Position numbers and translations under genes: made by a program. Shown here piece by piece: positions 1-12,460 of a DNA stretch of 64,000 nt; position 1 is the stretch's first letter; every line of letters starts with the position of its first letter. Under the pieces are notes generated by a model. The model was not told where the DNA came from. It did no database searches and saw only the letters and a program-made list of their open reading frames with translations. The stretch is from Priapulus caudatus (taxonomy: Eukaryota), in NCBI RefSeq assembly GCF_000485595.1, contig NW_014577076.1:868727-932726 (forward strand), read 5' to 3'.

Positions 1-147
1 ACCATGATTCTTTGTGAAGACAAAAATTGGTGCATCACATGTATTTTTAATGAAATAAGTAGTGGATGCTGATTTATTTACATGTGTATACTAAATTTAT
101 TTCATTTGTAGACTTCTCACTTTTCTCCTTTCTCATTTTCTTTTGCA

Positions 148-851
148 GTGTCAGACTTCACACAGACTGAACATTCTTACTGCTTAGCTGCAGACCAAAT
201 TCATGAGAATGAACCCAGCAGTGTTTCTCCACCTCCTGATACAGATGATCACAGCAGAGCTCTGAAGAAGGAAAGACAGCGTACGTTACGCCTAAAAAAA
301 AGAGTAAAACAGTTGAAACGATCAATGGAAAAGGAAGCTAAAGAAAGTGAAACAATTAGTGACTTGATAAGAAGAGCTGGTGAATTTTTACAGGAACCAG
401 CACTATCTTTCTTTGCATCACAATTGCGGAATGCGTCAGGACGTAGAAGAGCAAGACGAAGCCAATGGAGTTATTCAGACAAAGTAGTTGCCTTGTCCCT
501 CTACCACCAGAGTCCCCGTGCGTATCACTTCTGCCAGCGCATTTTCACACTTCCGTCAGTCACATCACTGCGTAGGTGGTTGAGTAATATCGAAGTGAGG
601 CCTGGGTTTCCCTCTAAGATCTTTGAACTTTTGAAAAACAGGGTAGCAGGAATGGCAGAGAGGGATAAGTTCTGTGTAGTGTCCTTGATGATATGAGTCT
701 ACGTACAGGCCTCTCATACAATATTACAGAAGATTCAGTAAAAGGTTTTGAGGACTTTGGATCCCTAGGGAAGACGCCACGTCCTGCCAACCATGCTCTC
801 GTTTTCATGATTAGAGGCTTAATGGGAAAATGGAAGCAACCTCTAGGTTAT
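148..851 (+). pseudogene. P-element/THAP9-type DNA transposase fragment, frameshifted and 3'-truncated
   Basis: Frame 1 reads ALSLYHQSPRAYHFCQRIFTLPSVTSLRRWLSNIEVRPG...DKFCVVS. After a frameshift near 685 it continues DDMSLRTGLSYNITEDSVKGFEDFG...ANHALVFMIRGLMGKWKQPLGY, which are typical P/THAP9 transposase motifs. A splice acceptor (ttttgcag) precedes 149. Homology stops abruptly at 851. Confidence 0.9.
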
Positions 852-1420
852 GGCGCTATATGATCTTTTCTGCATATCTCCCAAATCCCATTGGTTGATA
901 CAAATCACGTGGCTCAACTGCCTCAATGACGTGACAGTGTTGTCATATTCATGGCACATCCATAATCTATAAACCCAATAAGCCTGAATAGCCGAACGCG
1001 TACAGCACGGCCGTCACGGCTGAAAGGTCGTTGATCGAATCCCATCTGTTTTTTTAATTATTTTCCTGTTTTCTGTATTTTTCTATCTTTATCCATTTAA
1101 CTATCATTTTCCAATTAACGCAAATATTTACATAATTTATTTACAACAATTTAATAACAACATATTTTTTTTAATAGGGTAATTAGGGTTAGGGTTAGGG
1201 TCACAATCATAGAAATAATATAGATAACCATATCTAGTTAGGGTATCTATATTATTTCTATGGTCACAATGCACTATAAAACAAGAGTTTGAGGCACTTG
1301 ACGTGATGCGGCCATGATGCCGAGGCGCGCCGAGTATTGAACCTTTGTGTCTTCCAATCAAGGCCTACGCCGCACCTCTCTTTGATATTTTTATAGGTGC
1401 ATGGGGACCCATATAGCACC
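852..1420. mobile_element. Non-autonomous TIR element (MITE) with GG..CC ends and internal TTAGGG repeats
   Basis: GGCGCTATATG (852) and CATATAGCACC (1410-1420) form an 11-bp inverted repeat with 1 mismatch. Internal ttagggttagggttaggg near 1183-1200. No matching TSD. Confidence 0.5.
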
Positions 1421-1959
1421 ACCAAATCGCCGATCTCAGGAACTAGGGCATTCTGCTAGGCTAGAACGGTTTCCTACGATAGAGTTTGGCACAAAAACGA
1501 AAATAACACGCTGTTTAGCGCACTGCGCTACGTCCTTCTGTTGCATTTTCGCATTTCCGTAATCAGAATAAGCCCCGCCTTCTTCGTTAATGGGCATGAA
1601 TAGGGCGTCAACGACGTGACCGTTACTGCGTGTAGTTGTTTGGCGAGATTGTTTGTTTTTCGTAAATAATGAGAAAGGCCCGGCTGATGCATTTCGCACC
1701 GAAGTGGAATTTTTTTTGCCATTTTCACTCGCTGTCGGAAGTGAACGAGTGCGTCATTCATTGAACATTTCAGCAAAACACAGTACACTGCACGACAGAG
1801 GTTGGAATGTTCAGAGCCAATGTTTACATGCCACAGCGCCATCTCTTGGATGTTTTATAAGTAAATATGGGGATTTTCAATAAAATAATGCATTTTTAAT
1901 GTATTTACCACGATTTACGTATAGAAACTATATGTTATTTTTACTGATTTCTCCGTATC

Positions 1960-2495
1960 TTTCCTTGGAGTTTTCATCGTCTTTCAATGCCTTTCGGTAA
2001 ATTTTTCTGCGTTTTCTGCGTGATTATTATTTTGCGCAGGCACTCATTTTGGAAATCCTCCAACATTTTTACTTCTTCCTTAGTCCATGTTTCACTGTTA
2101 TTTAGGAAGGAAGGTAAAACTGTGCATTCGTATAATTTCACTCTTGCTTCTATAGTATGATTTCCGTAATTTTGCTCTGCTGCCCATGATAATATTTCCC
2201 TCATTATGAACCTACATTTTTCAGTTCGGACTCTTATCATATCGCTATAACCTCCTATATCATTAATTAAATCCCCTAGGTATGAATATTTGGTGCATTT
2301 TTTGATTACTTGGTTGCCTATTAATATCTACTTCTCTATCCTTTCTTTGTTTGTGAATTTTATAACCATTGTATTTGTTTTATTCATATTAAATTCTAAT
2401 ATTTTTGATTCAGCTAATCTGGAGCATGACTGAGCGATTTTTGTTACTGATTTATAAACTCCAATTCCTAGAATATCGTCCATATATAATCATTG
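1960..2495 (-). mobile_element. Non-LTR retrotransposon (LINE) reverse-transcriptase fragment, degenerate
   Basis: Minus strand reads IIYMDDILGIG (RT catalytic YxDD), then FNMNKTNTMVI, YSYLGDLI and LYECTVLPSFLNNSETW. An in-frame stop is present. Confidence 0.85.
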
Positions 2496-3202
2496 TCATC
2501 TTCTAAAACTACAGACCATCCGCTGACCGCTGTGGAGACGTGCGCCGGGCCTCGAATTTGGCGCACGTCTCCACTGCGGACAGCACTTCATACTTGAACA
2601 TTCCCGCGGTCGCGTGCGCATATCCCGCGGAACTGCGCGTCTCATCCGCGCGCAGCGCTCAGGATCAACAGCAAAGCTGTGCCACACAATCTTGTATCAT
2701 GTCTCTCTGGATTTGTATCAACCAATGGGATTTGGGAGGTATGCAGGCCCTAACTGCGTGTCCTCGATCCTGTGACCCGATCGAGTTAACACAAACGCGC
2801 GTTGATCTTTGCTCTTATTATTGCTGATGAAAGCAGTACATCTAGCTGTAAGATTACAAAGATCTGCAGGCGCCTCAATGCTGTCGTCACGTAATGGGAA
2901 TTATCGATGTAGAAAATATTAATGAAGTACGCCGTTTGGTGCACGATAATAAAGTGCATACCTTACGACGCAAAAAACTTGTTTTACATTAAACGTGCCG
3001 AGTATATGCGTCGCGCGAGTTGGTAAATATTACAGTTACAAAACTTAAATTGTCGGTGTTAGCATTGGGTAGTGCAGGCCAAGTTACATGTGAATAACAT
3101 CAATATCTACATGTAAAAATTAGCACCAAGAGTAGATAAATAAGAATTTGTGTTTGGGATTGCCATTCCAAAATATCACGTAGAGGCAGATCCAGGGTCA
3201 TG

Positions 3203-3284
3203 CAGGGGCGGATCCAGAGGGGGTCGAGGGGGTCCGGCCCCCGTTTTTACCGCAAAAAAAGAAAAAAAAGCATACACACGCACG

Positions 3285-3316
<32 letters not shown>

Positions 3317-3670
3317 TACACACTTCTCTTATATTGTCTCCATAAAAAAAATCTTGTTTAGCGCTAGTTTTTCTGATAAAGATTTACTTATATATATATG
3401 TAAATTCGTTATAAAAACCTAGAAATGGGCAAAGAGGGGTCCGCAGGCGTCCGGGGGACTGGATCTGATAAATTTTTGCATTCTAGACATCAAAATTACT
3501 GCTCAGATGCTCTCAGAATGCACCAATTTTTTTTTTAATCTTGGGGGAGGTCCCCCAAACCCCCCCCCTAACTCGCCTTCGGCAGCTTTTTAAAACACCA
3601 GAAAAAGTAAGCAGGAAAAAGTACACTTTATTTCTTCCTGGACACCCCCTTTTCAAAAACCCGATCCCTG
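3203..3670. mobile_element. CAGG..CCTG-type (hAT-like) MITE
   Basis: Starts CAGGGGCGGATCC and ends CCGATCCCTG, with G-run/C-run subterminal boxes like the other CAGG MITEs in the window. TSD is not clean. Confidence 0.45.
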
Positions 3671-3719
3671 TCATCGCTTCACCGGTTAAATGTGAACCAC
3701 CCACTTCATCCAAAGGGTG

Positions 3720-3918
3720 GGGTGATACTCCATTAGAAGTGTTCCTGACTTTAATGTCATTAATGGTCATAATAACATATATATACATATATATATTGGT
3801 CATATATTAGTTTGTGGTTTAATGTCATTTAGATTAGGGTTAGGGTTAGGATTAGGATTATCAATCATTAATCATTAATGATATCAAAGTTGGGAACACT
3901 CCTAATGGAGCGTTAGCC
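3720..3918. mobile_element. MITE with ~30-bp TIRs, 8-bp TSD and internal (TTAGGG)-like repeat (possibly Merlin-type); copy 1
   Basis: TIR ctccattagaagtgttcc..acttt / aaagttgggaacactcctaatggag. Exact 8-bp direct repeat AAAGGGTG at 3712-3719 and 3919-3926. A second copy lies inverted at 62553-62803. Confidence 0.85.
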
Positions 3919-4312
3919 AAAGGGTGTACCCACGTGGGTTTCGATATAATGATACTTTCACAATTAATTGAATTATCATTGCATGCAGGACCATAGCTAG
4001 CGGGGAGGGGCAATTAAGGGCCAAATTGCCACCCAGATCGCCACGCCAAGTAGATAGTATTCAGGAGCGTAGCTAACCCATTTTGTCTGGGAGGAGGGGG
4101 GGGGCGAAGCCCTGTGTATGGGGTGTTCTGTGAATGTTACGGTCATTGACTATGTATTATATATTTTTTCTAAGGGGGGATTTCCCCCCTTGCCCCCTCG
4201 CTAGCTACGGCCCTGTATTACGTGCATGGTCAACGGCGAACCACCATGGGTTAATTGCCAACACAAACCGTCACTTTACCCCCAGGGCAAGATGAGTTAG
4301 CTATAAAGGCTT

Positions 4313-4389
4313 TAGCTCTAGAACTATAGCCCTCCGCTCCGCCGCGATAGCCTCCTGCGGCGGAGCGGAGGGCTATAGTTCTAGAGCTA
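4313..4389. mobile_element. 77-bp hairpin MITE with 9-bp TSD (Mutator-like)
   Basis: Perfect 33-bp inverted repeat tagctctagaactatagccctccgctccgccgc around an 11-nt loop, flanked by TAAAGGCTT at 4304-4312 and 4390-4398. Confidence 0.85.
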
Positions 4390-5115
4390 TAAAGGCTTCT
4401 GCTTTGTATTTTGTCATCTTGTTTTATCTACACTGTGAAATGGCGATGCTTTATCTTCATCATTCCTTTATAATTACTAGCTTTTATTATTCCTGGAGCA
4501 TTTCAAGCTACCATCTTATCTTATTCTGTGCTGGGGAGCCACCTATGTGCTGTTAAAACAATGAAATATTCGGTTGGCTCTAATCCTTGTAGCTGTTCAA
4601 ACGACACTCCCGTTTCCCATTACTGGAACTGGTCAACTTCCGTTCATCTGTACACGCACCCACGCCGCATCCATGCATTTGGCAAGAACATCGCAAACCA
4701 CATGTTTTCACTTTTAGCATTTTACAGTCTTTAAACAAATAAATACATAATAATACTAATAAATTTACACTCAATATAAAACCTTCTAGCATATATAAGT
4801 CAAATATGGCATCGTTCCGCCATCTGTCGGCAAAAATAATTTGTAATGCACATTAAACTATATTCATCACAGCAAAACAATTTGTGACAGAATGAGACAT
4901 ATTTATTTTAAAACATTGCTATTCTACTGACTTTAAAACTTGTTGGAGCAAAATATATCGATTTTAAATCTAAAATACATTTCTAAATCTTCCCGTACAT
5001 AAAATTAAAAGTTATTCGCCTTGCATGTGTATATAAATCTAATATAAATTATAATATGAAGTATAAGTATATCTACTGATACTGATGCTATAATTTTTCC
5101 TCTCTGTCTTCAACC

Positions 5116-5981
5116 CAGAGTGTCAAACCATCCCGATTTCGTCGGGATTATCCTGATTTTGATCGAAATCCCCGAATCCCGACGTAACCTCCTTCGGGAT
5201 AAGGAAAATTCCGATTTTCGATATTTTGCACGCACTATCTCGCGAAAAAAGTCAAGATATATTTTCCACTTAATTTCTCACGATTCTTAGCAATAAAATC
5301 GATTCTGAACGCTCCTTGCCTTCCCTGCATGCATTTCGAGCTAGCGGTAAATATACCATGGCATGAAACTGTATTGCGGGCTCAAGTGAACAGACGGCTC
5401 AAACTCCATGACAGATGGCGCTCTCGCTCTTGGCTCAATCTACCACTGCTACAAGTAGATATTCGTGAGAATTTCTAGTTTTTTTACCACAAGTTTTACA
5501 GCGGCCAGGTTACTCGTACCCTCAGGCTCTGTAATAAGATTTGGACTAATAAAAATTGCAAAGATATTAAAAATCCGACCATTATTTTATTAATTATTTG
5601 ATAAAATAGTGATACGAAATAGTGCACGGATTGTGTGCCCATTTACTAAATCCTAATTAAAAAATTTCGGGGAGGGGGACATGCCCCAGACCCCCCTCCC
5701 ACCCCACCCCCTAATGAAAATCCTGATTTCTTAAAGCTGCATTTCCACTATCGATTTTTGTCAGCAAATCATCCGAGTCGTGCAAAATAGAACACGTTCT
5801 ATTTCTCCAACTCGGCGACTTGACTCCAACTCCGACTCCAACACAATCGAATTTCAGCCGATTAGTTGGAATGCACTTGGGTCAAGTCGGGGGCAAGTTG
5901 GAATGCACTTGAAATCGGTACGATTTGCTGACAAAAATCGATAGTGTAAACGCAGCTTTAGTCTACAGGTTGGACACTCTG
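5116..5981. mobile_element. MITE with 14-bp TIRs and 6-bp TSD
   Basis: CAGAGTGTCAAACC ... GGTTGGACACTCTG (1 mismatch). TCAACC is duplicated at 5110-5115 and 5982-5987. Confidence 0.7.
5734..5958. mobile_element. PIF/Harbinger-like MITE nested in the 5116-5981 element
   Basis: ~37-bp TIRs aagctgcatttccactatcgatttttgtcagcaaatc / gatttgctgacaaaaatcgatagtgtaaacgcagctt, in a TTA/TAA context. Confidence 0.75.
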
Positions 5982-6336
5982 TCAACCCTATGAGCAGACT
6001 AGGAAATTTTCATCATTGGTACAATATGTGTGTGAATTTTTACAATACAGGAATTGACCTAGACTGTGTACTCTAGTCGAGATGTGATTAACCACTAGAC
6101 AATGCAATCCCACAAAATGTGACAATGCAAATGTCTGTGAAAATAGAGACTGGAGATTTTTGTTTACATGTACCTAAATTGTCAGATACCAGAGACAAAA
6201 ACCATCAAACCGAAGACAAGCAGTGATGCAGCAGCTAAATAAGGAGATTCTTCTTTCAGAAACAAGCATAGATTTCCTAGCGTGACAAATGCTTATTTGT
6301 AATGACTCTCCGGACCGTGAAGACCCGAGGAAATGC

Positions 6337-8005
6337 TCAAAGTTCCTCTTTTCCATTAGATGCTGCCAAACCTTCAACGGTTTGAGCAAACTTGCGGATG
6401 TCATTAGCCAATAGCTGCGGCTGCTCAAACGCTGCAAAGTGACCACCGGTCGGCATGTCCGTGTAGTGAACAAGGTTCGGATACTCGTGACGCACCAGTG
6501 TCTCTGGATATACAACAAGCTCCTCCGGAAATGCTGCATAGCCGCTGGGAACAGATACCTGGTGATGCCTACAAAAGAAAACAAACAAGAAAAGAAAAAT
6601 GCTTATTTTGTGCAATTTCGAACAGTACTTTCTCGTGTAATATCCCCCACACTATGTGATGTTTTGATGCCTTTATTAGAGCTTTAAACAATGTCACAGG
6701 ATGGATAAAGTTAGATTATAATAACCCCCAGTTTATTACAAATGTATAGCCGTCATGGTGGCTCGTGTTTTTCCAGTACTTTTAGTACTGCATACATCAT
6801 TATGCATAAATTAAATGTGTGCAAGGTGCAGGTATAAATGTAACAAAACATTAAAGAATATTATGTCATAAAGTTATCTGCCATTGTTTTAGCATTTGTT
6901 CGGAGATCGAGGCAGTGTACATAAGCTTTCATCATGTGCAGGGTTCTTCCAAGGCTTTAAATGTATTTCGGGTCTGACATGCCTTCAAAATTGAAGCCAA
7001 TTTGCGACATCCTATATGTGACCCGCTCCAGCAAAACCAGGATTAAGTAGGAAATTCTACAAATTGAGTTATGTGCATATCTGAATAGATCATTTAATTA
7101 CCTTTAAAATGATATATATATAATATTTAGCTATATCTAAAGAATTGACCGATCTACAGTCATATATAGATCGGAAACCGACTTATTCCAGAATATGCAG
7201 CTTTTGAGATAAAGCGTTCCGGGTAAGGGACCCAGTCGGGGATGAGCGGTCAGGGGACCATAAATTTTTATTTTTTTTATTTTTTTTAAAATTAAAAATG
7301 ACCATAATAATCTAGAGATATCTGAACCTATATATCCGGATTAAATATGCACTTAGGAACTTATTTTTGTAAAAATCTCATTTTTGTCCAGGTAGGCCAT
7401 TTTCAGCATTGACATGTGTGCGTGCTCATTACTCAAAACAATGACTTGCGACTTAGTCCGTATTATGCTGGAGCGGGTCACATTTTCCAGCTACGTTTAC
7501 TTTTGACAACCCCAACGCGGCCGTGACGTGTTTTCACATCTCCGAACTGATTGAGTTTACTTGTGTACTCGGGCCACTTAACTGACTCTAACTAGTACAA
7601 CCCTATCCCGGGGCCCCCTTTGTCCATAAATGACATGCCTTCTTTAAATTTCTGGGGGAAAACCTGATGTGCACACCTTGTCAGCCCATGCTCAGCATCT
7701 GAGTAGAACACTCCTTTATAGAGCCTCATGGATGTCGTAATGCTGTCCGTCACCCAGTATATCATGACGTTGTGGAGCAGCTCATCTAAGGTAAACGTCT
7801 GCGTGGCCAGTCCTCCATCGTTATCGTGGATGTTAGACAGCTTAGTCCAGACAGCAAATTTCTCAATGATCCAGGCGGCCAATCCCGCAGGACTGTCACT
7901 CAAGCCAACTCCTATACAGCCACATAATGACAAAAAGCACGCATGTTATAACTAACCGATGTAAAGTGTATCAGAATATGACACATGCCCAGTTACTCAA
8001 ACACA

Positions 8006-8053
<48 letters not shown>

Positions 8054-10031
8054 CACATTATTATCATCATGTTTCCAAAAGACCATGTCATTATTTCACA
8101 CATACAAATCTTCAGTTCAGCTACATCCCTATTCAATATACAATGAGCTGATGTATACAAATATCCTTGTTAACATACATATCAGCATTTGCCACACTGT
8201 GTGTGACACATCAACTTGTTGTATATCGAATAGTGACACCAATATGCAATGTGCAATATTTCAATTAGTGATATGTCTGAACAGAAAGTTTGTTATATCT
8301 TCCACACAGCTACTTATTGAATAACTGTACATGGTATCAGATCTACATAGACGCTAATACACAGATCTCCAAACTACAATACTTCTAAGTTTCACCACTC
8401 CGCACTTGCAAGCTGCTATGATTTACCAATTGTATCGGGTCTGGTGACATGCACGTGAGCATGGCCTGTCTCTTCTAACAGGACGGTCATTTTCTCGAAC
8501 AACGGGTAGACCTTCCACAGATCATCCTTGTTAAACACCAAACTCGGGAAGATGGACCCCACGAGAAGTTTCGTGAAGTAGCACGCATTTGGCACGGTGA
8601 TGGGCATATTCACATGCACTCCTTTAACTCTGAAAAGCACACATCGGTCATAATTTGTGCAGTTAAGCATCCAACCGACAAGAGAATGACCAAGTTCCAA
8701 CTATATGACAATTACTGTGGGGCTTAGTGTAGCTTGCCAACCTGTCGACTGTTGTAACGGTGCACGCATGTATATCCACTGCAGTAGCATTTCTAATATT
8801 AGGGCCTACAATTTACAAGCCAAGACATACAAGTGTAACCAGTGATGTATAAGAAAGTAATATCTTATTGGAAAGATATAGAAAACAAATGCTTCGAACG
8901 ACTACATATTTCTTAGTTTATGGCAACTGCTGGGAACAACTGGCCCTTAATTGCTATTTTTCATTTTCATGCACTAAGCATGCACTGCCGATATAGGTGC
9001 CTGTGTATCCATGCAAAAGTGTGTGTCTATATCAGTATACCTTTCAGGATATAAGATTGCAATCTCGGACACGATCAATGAGCCCATGTCACCACCTTGT
9101 ACATAATAATGTCTATGACCAAGTCTGCGCATCAGTTCATTAAACATCCGAGCTGCATGCATTCCTGCGAAACCTGCAAATAATGATGCAACCATTATAT
9201 TTTGTGGTATACAACATATGCACTTATAGTTATATTGTCAACTTGGCTATTTTAAGTAATATTTGTTTGTCCTAACCCCATATCTCTAAAGATTTTGCAT
9301 AAATACTTAGGGACATGGATATAAACTTTGAAAAATTATACGAGACTTGATTAATTTGGCAGGTTTGCTAGATCCATATACTTTTAACAGCACAATTTAA
9401 ACACAAGTTGCAGTGTACCTTCCTTATGCGGGGCTTCAGAAAACCCGTATCCTGGAATAGAAGGGCAAATTATCTCGAAAACAGGGTCATCTTTTTTTCC
9501 ACCGTGAGCCAATGGATCGGTGAGCAGCGGGATGATCTTGTAGAACTCGTAGAAGCTTCCCGGCCAGCCATGTACCATTAGCAGAGGCGTCACATTCTTG
9601 TAACTTGACTTCGGTTTGACGTGAACGAAATGTACGTCTATGCCGTCTAATTTAGTCAAAAAGTTATCATATTTATTTAGTTCTAGCTGCGCTCTATCCA
9701 TGTTGTATGTCTCTCGCCAGTACCTAACGATGTGACGCATCGTCTCAGAGTTGATGCCGTATCGAAACTTCACATCGGGCAAAGAATCTGTCAACTTTGT
9801 GCGGTTGAGTCGTGCGTATAAATCATTAATGACAGCTGACGAAAATCGGACAGAAAAGTCACCGATGGAGTTGTCCTCGTGAATTCCTCTAGCATCTCTG
9901 CCCCACCAACTGTTGCTCAGATCGGGTAGCGGAGGCGTGACAGTGTAGAACGTACGCCGTATCGCCAACCCGACAATCAAAACAACTACAAGTACTGTAC
10001 ACAACTTGCAACACCAGCAGCAAATAGCCAT
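6337..10031 (-). CDS. EPHX1: Microsomal epoxide hydrolase (EPHX1 / juvenile hormone epoxide hydrolase family), 5 exons, ~471 aa
   Basis: Exons 10031-9419, 9173-9041, 8629-8427, 7911-7677 and 6568-6337; all GT-AG and phase-consistent (1416 nt). Motifs: N-terminal membrane anchor, HGWPGSFYEF, PSIPGYGFSEAP, YVQGGDMGS (nucleophile Asp), RPDTIGVGLSDSPAGLAAWIIEKF, SMRLYK, AFPEE, GGHFAAFEQP. Confidence 0.96.
7016..7483. mobile_element. MITE in epoxide hydrolase intron 4
   Basis: 18-bp perfect TIR atgtgacccgctccagca / tgctggagcgggtcacat. Confidence 0.75.
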
Positions 10032-11002
10032 ACTTGACGATGACTTTAGTTTCCTACTACTACTACTAGTAGAAAGAAACGACACGTACGCTCGTTAAAT
10101 TATCGACGGTCTATATAACTTGCCTATCTATGGTATCTTGTCACCTAAGCTGAACAAACGCTTTCGTCATTGCACCATTAATTTCGCCGGTCGTGCGTCT
10201 TGGTTGTGCCTAGCTCCAGGAAACGGTATTGCTAGGGTTAGAATACCGGTGTATTGACGTTAGTAACACAGCCTGGTCGGGTTAGGTTGTGCCTGGCACC
10301 TCTGTTGTTTGCGTTATGGATGTTCAGTATCACTGGCTACGGCGATACCCTGTTACTACTCAGTTTCTGATACTGGTGTGTGTGTGCACCAGCTACACTA
10401 GCGGCAGCAGCAGGGTGTGATGGCCTTGACACAGGGGGCATTTATATCGAAAATGGCGGCACTGGTACGGTTATCCGTAAGCGTTAGCGCCTCGTAGTGT
10501 GCTTTACACATGTTTCATTGAGATTTGAACACTTAATCGAACAGTTGATTCTGAATATTGAATATATGTGTACGTAAGGGTGTCTCCGGGTAAGGGTGTC
10601 TGTCCGTGGCTCCGTTTATGGTGAACTTTTTAGTTCGGCAGCACGTATATTTTACTTATATATATATACACCTGTAGGCTGTAGGTAGGGTACCTATTCG
10701 TCCGTCCACCAGATCTATGTGCGCGTGTGCGTGTGTGTGTGGGGGGGCGGTGCGTGGGTGCGTGCGTGCATGAGCGTGTGCGCGCGCGCGTGTGTGTGTG
10801 TGAGTGCGTGCGCGCGTGTGCGTGCGGGGGTGCGTGCGTGCGTGCATGCGAGCGTGTGTACGCACGCGCGCGCGCGGTGTTGTGGGTGCGTGCGTGAGCG
10901 TGTGCGTGCGTGCGTGCATGGGTGCGTGCGTGTGAGCGTGTGTGCGTGCATGTTAGGGGGGATGAATGGTACGTTGGTTGGGTGGGTGGCCGTGCGTGGC
11001 AC

Positions 11003-11038
<36 letters not shown>

Positions 11039-11052
11039 TGTGTGTGTGTGTG

Positions 11053-12089
11053 CAGGCCCGTAGCCAGGGGGGGTTCGGTGTTCGGACCAATCTTGGTGCC
11101 CCCCTCCTTTCCACACTGACCCAGTCCATTTTAGTTGTTGACCTGTCTGACCAGATATACAATGCAGGTTGCAGCAGTACAAAAATTTATTCATATGATA
11201 ACACAATATACTGTACAAACTAAGCCAAGCTTGGGCTACATAAAGTTCTACAAAAATTCAATACAACATCTATTTTAATTCACAATTAAAATCTATTTTA
11301 ATTCAATATTTAAATCGAACATTCTATAAAATATATATTAAATTAATATTTATATTTATATTTATATTTATTAATATATATATATATAATAATATTAAAT
11401 TAAAATATATATTAAATTCTAACATCTATTTTAATTCAATAATATTTCACAAGTTAAATGTATCAAAGTTCCAATATTCATGACCTGAATGGCATTTTTC
11501 TACATTTCATTTTCGCAAAATTACTGATAACATCCTCGAAAGTAATACTTCTCAGAATACCTGTTTCAATTGTTAATATACACAGTGAGTTGAGTCTTTC
11601 TTGAAGCATAACTGATCTATTTGGTTTTTTTACACGTTTTAGTTGTGAGAAATACCTCTCTGTTGTGCAGTTGGTGACCATTAATGTTAAAAATATTCTT
11701 AAGGCAATTTCAACATTTGGAAAGGCACTCTCTAGTTTGTCTTCTGTAATTGTGTTGTAAAATTTTAAGTGAGTGAAAGATGTTTTCTTGGTTGTTTAAA
11801 ACTTATGAAGAACATATGAATGGAACTGCTGAAGCCTTGTAGTACACCTGGGAAGTACAAATCTTTATTCGTTTTCTTTTCTTTTCACCCTTTTCCCAAC
11901 TTTGTGGTGCCCCCTTTGGCCCTGGTGCCCTAAGCACGTGCTTAGTCTGCTTAATGGTTAATCCGGCACTGCCCACACCCTCCCCCTGCACGGTCGCAAT
12001 TCTCCTTCGCTCGGTCGCTTCGCGCCCGAGCAAATTGCCAACATTTAAAAACGAACCCCCCCCCCCAATATAAAGCTGGCTACGGGCCT

Positions 12090-12090
<1 letters not shown>
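11053..12090. mobile_element. hAT-like non-autonomous element inserted in a (GT)n microsatellite
   Basis: 15-bp TIR CAGGCCCGTAGCCAG / CTGGCTACGGGCCTG with GT repeats on both sides. It contains a hAT transposase fragment. Confidence 0.8.
11478..11760 (-). pseudogene. hAT transposase C-terminal dimerisation domain fragment (ZMYM1-like)
   Basis: Reads AFPNVEIALRIFLTLMVTNCTTERYFSQLKRVKKPNRSVMLQERLNSLCILTIE...FAKMKCRK, matching the hATC consensus (FPN..I..T.P.T...ERSFS.LK.IK..LRS.M.QERL..L). Confidence 0.88.
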
Positions 12091-12169
<79 letters not shown>

Positions 12170-12361
12170 TGTGTGTGTGTGTGTGGTACGGTAACGGTAG
12201 GTTATACTACCGTTACCGTTCGTACGTACGTTCTTCTTTCCTTTCGCGTAGACGTACGTAGTGGTAGTCGGTAGACGACGACGGCNNNNNNNNNNTCTAC
12301 CTACCGTCGAGTTGGTACGAAACGGGTTAGGTAAGTTAAAAACCCTTACGTTCCGTACCTA

Positions 12362-12460
<99 letters not shown>

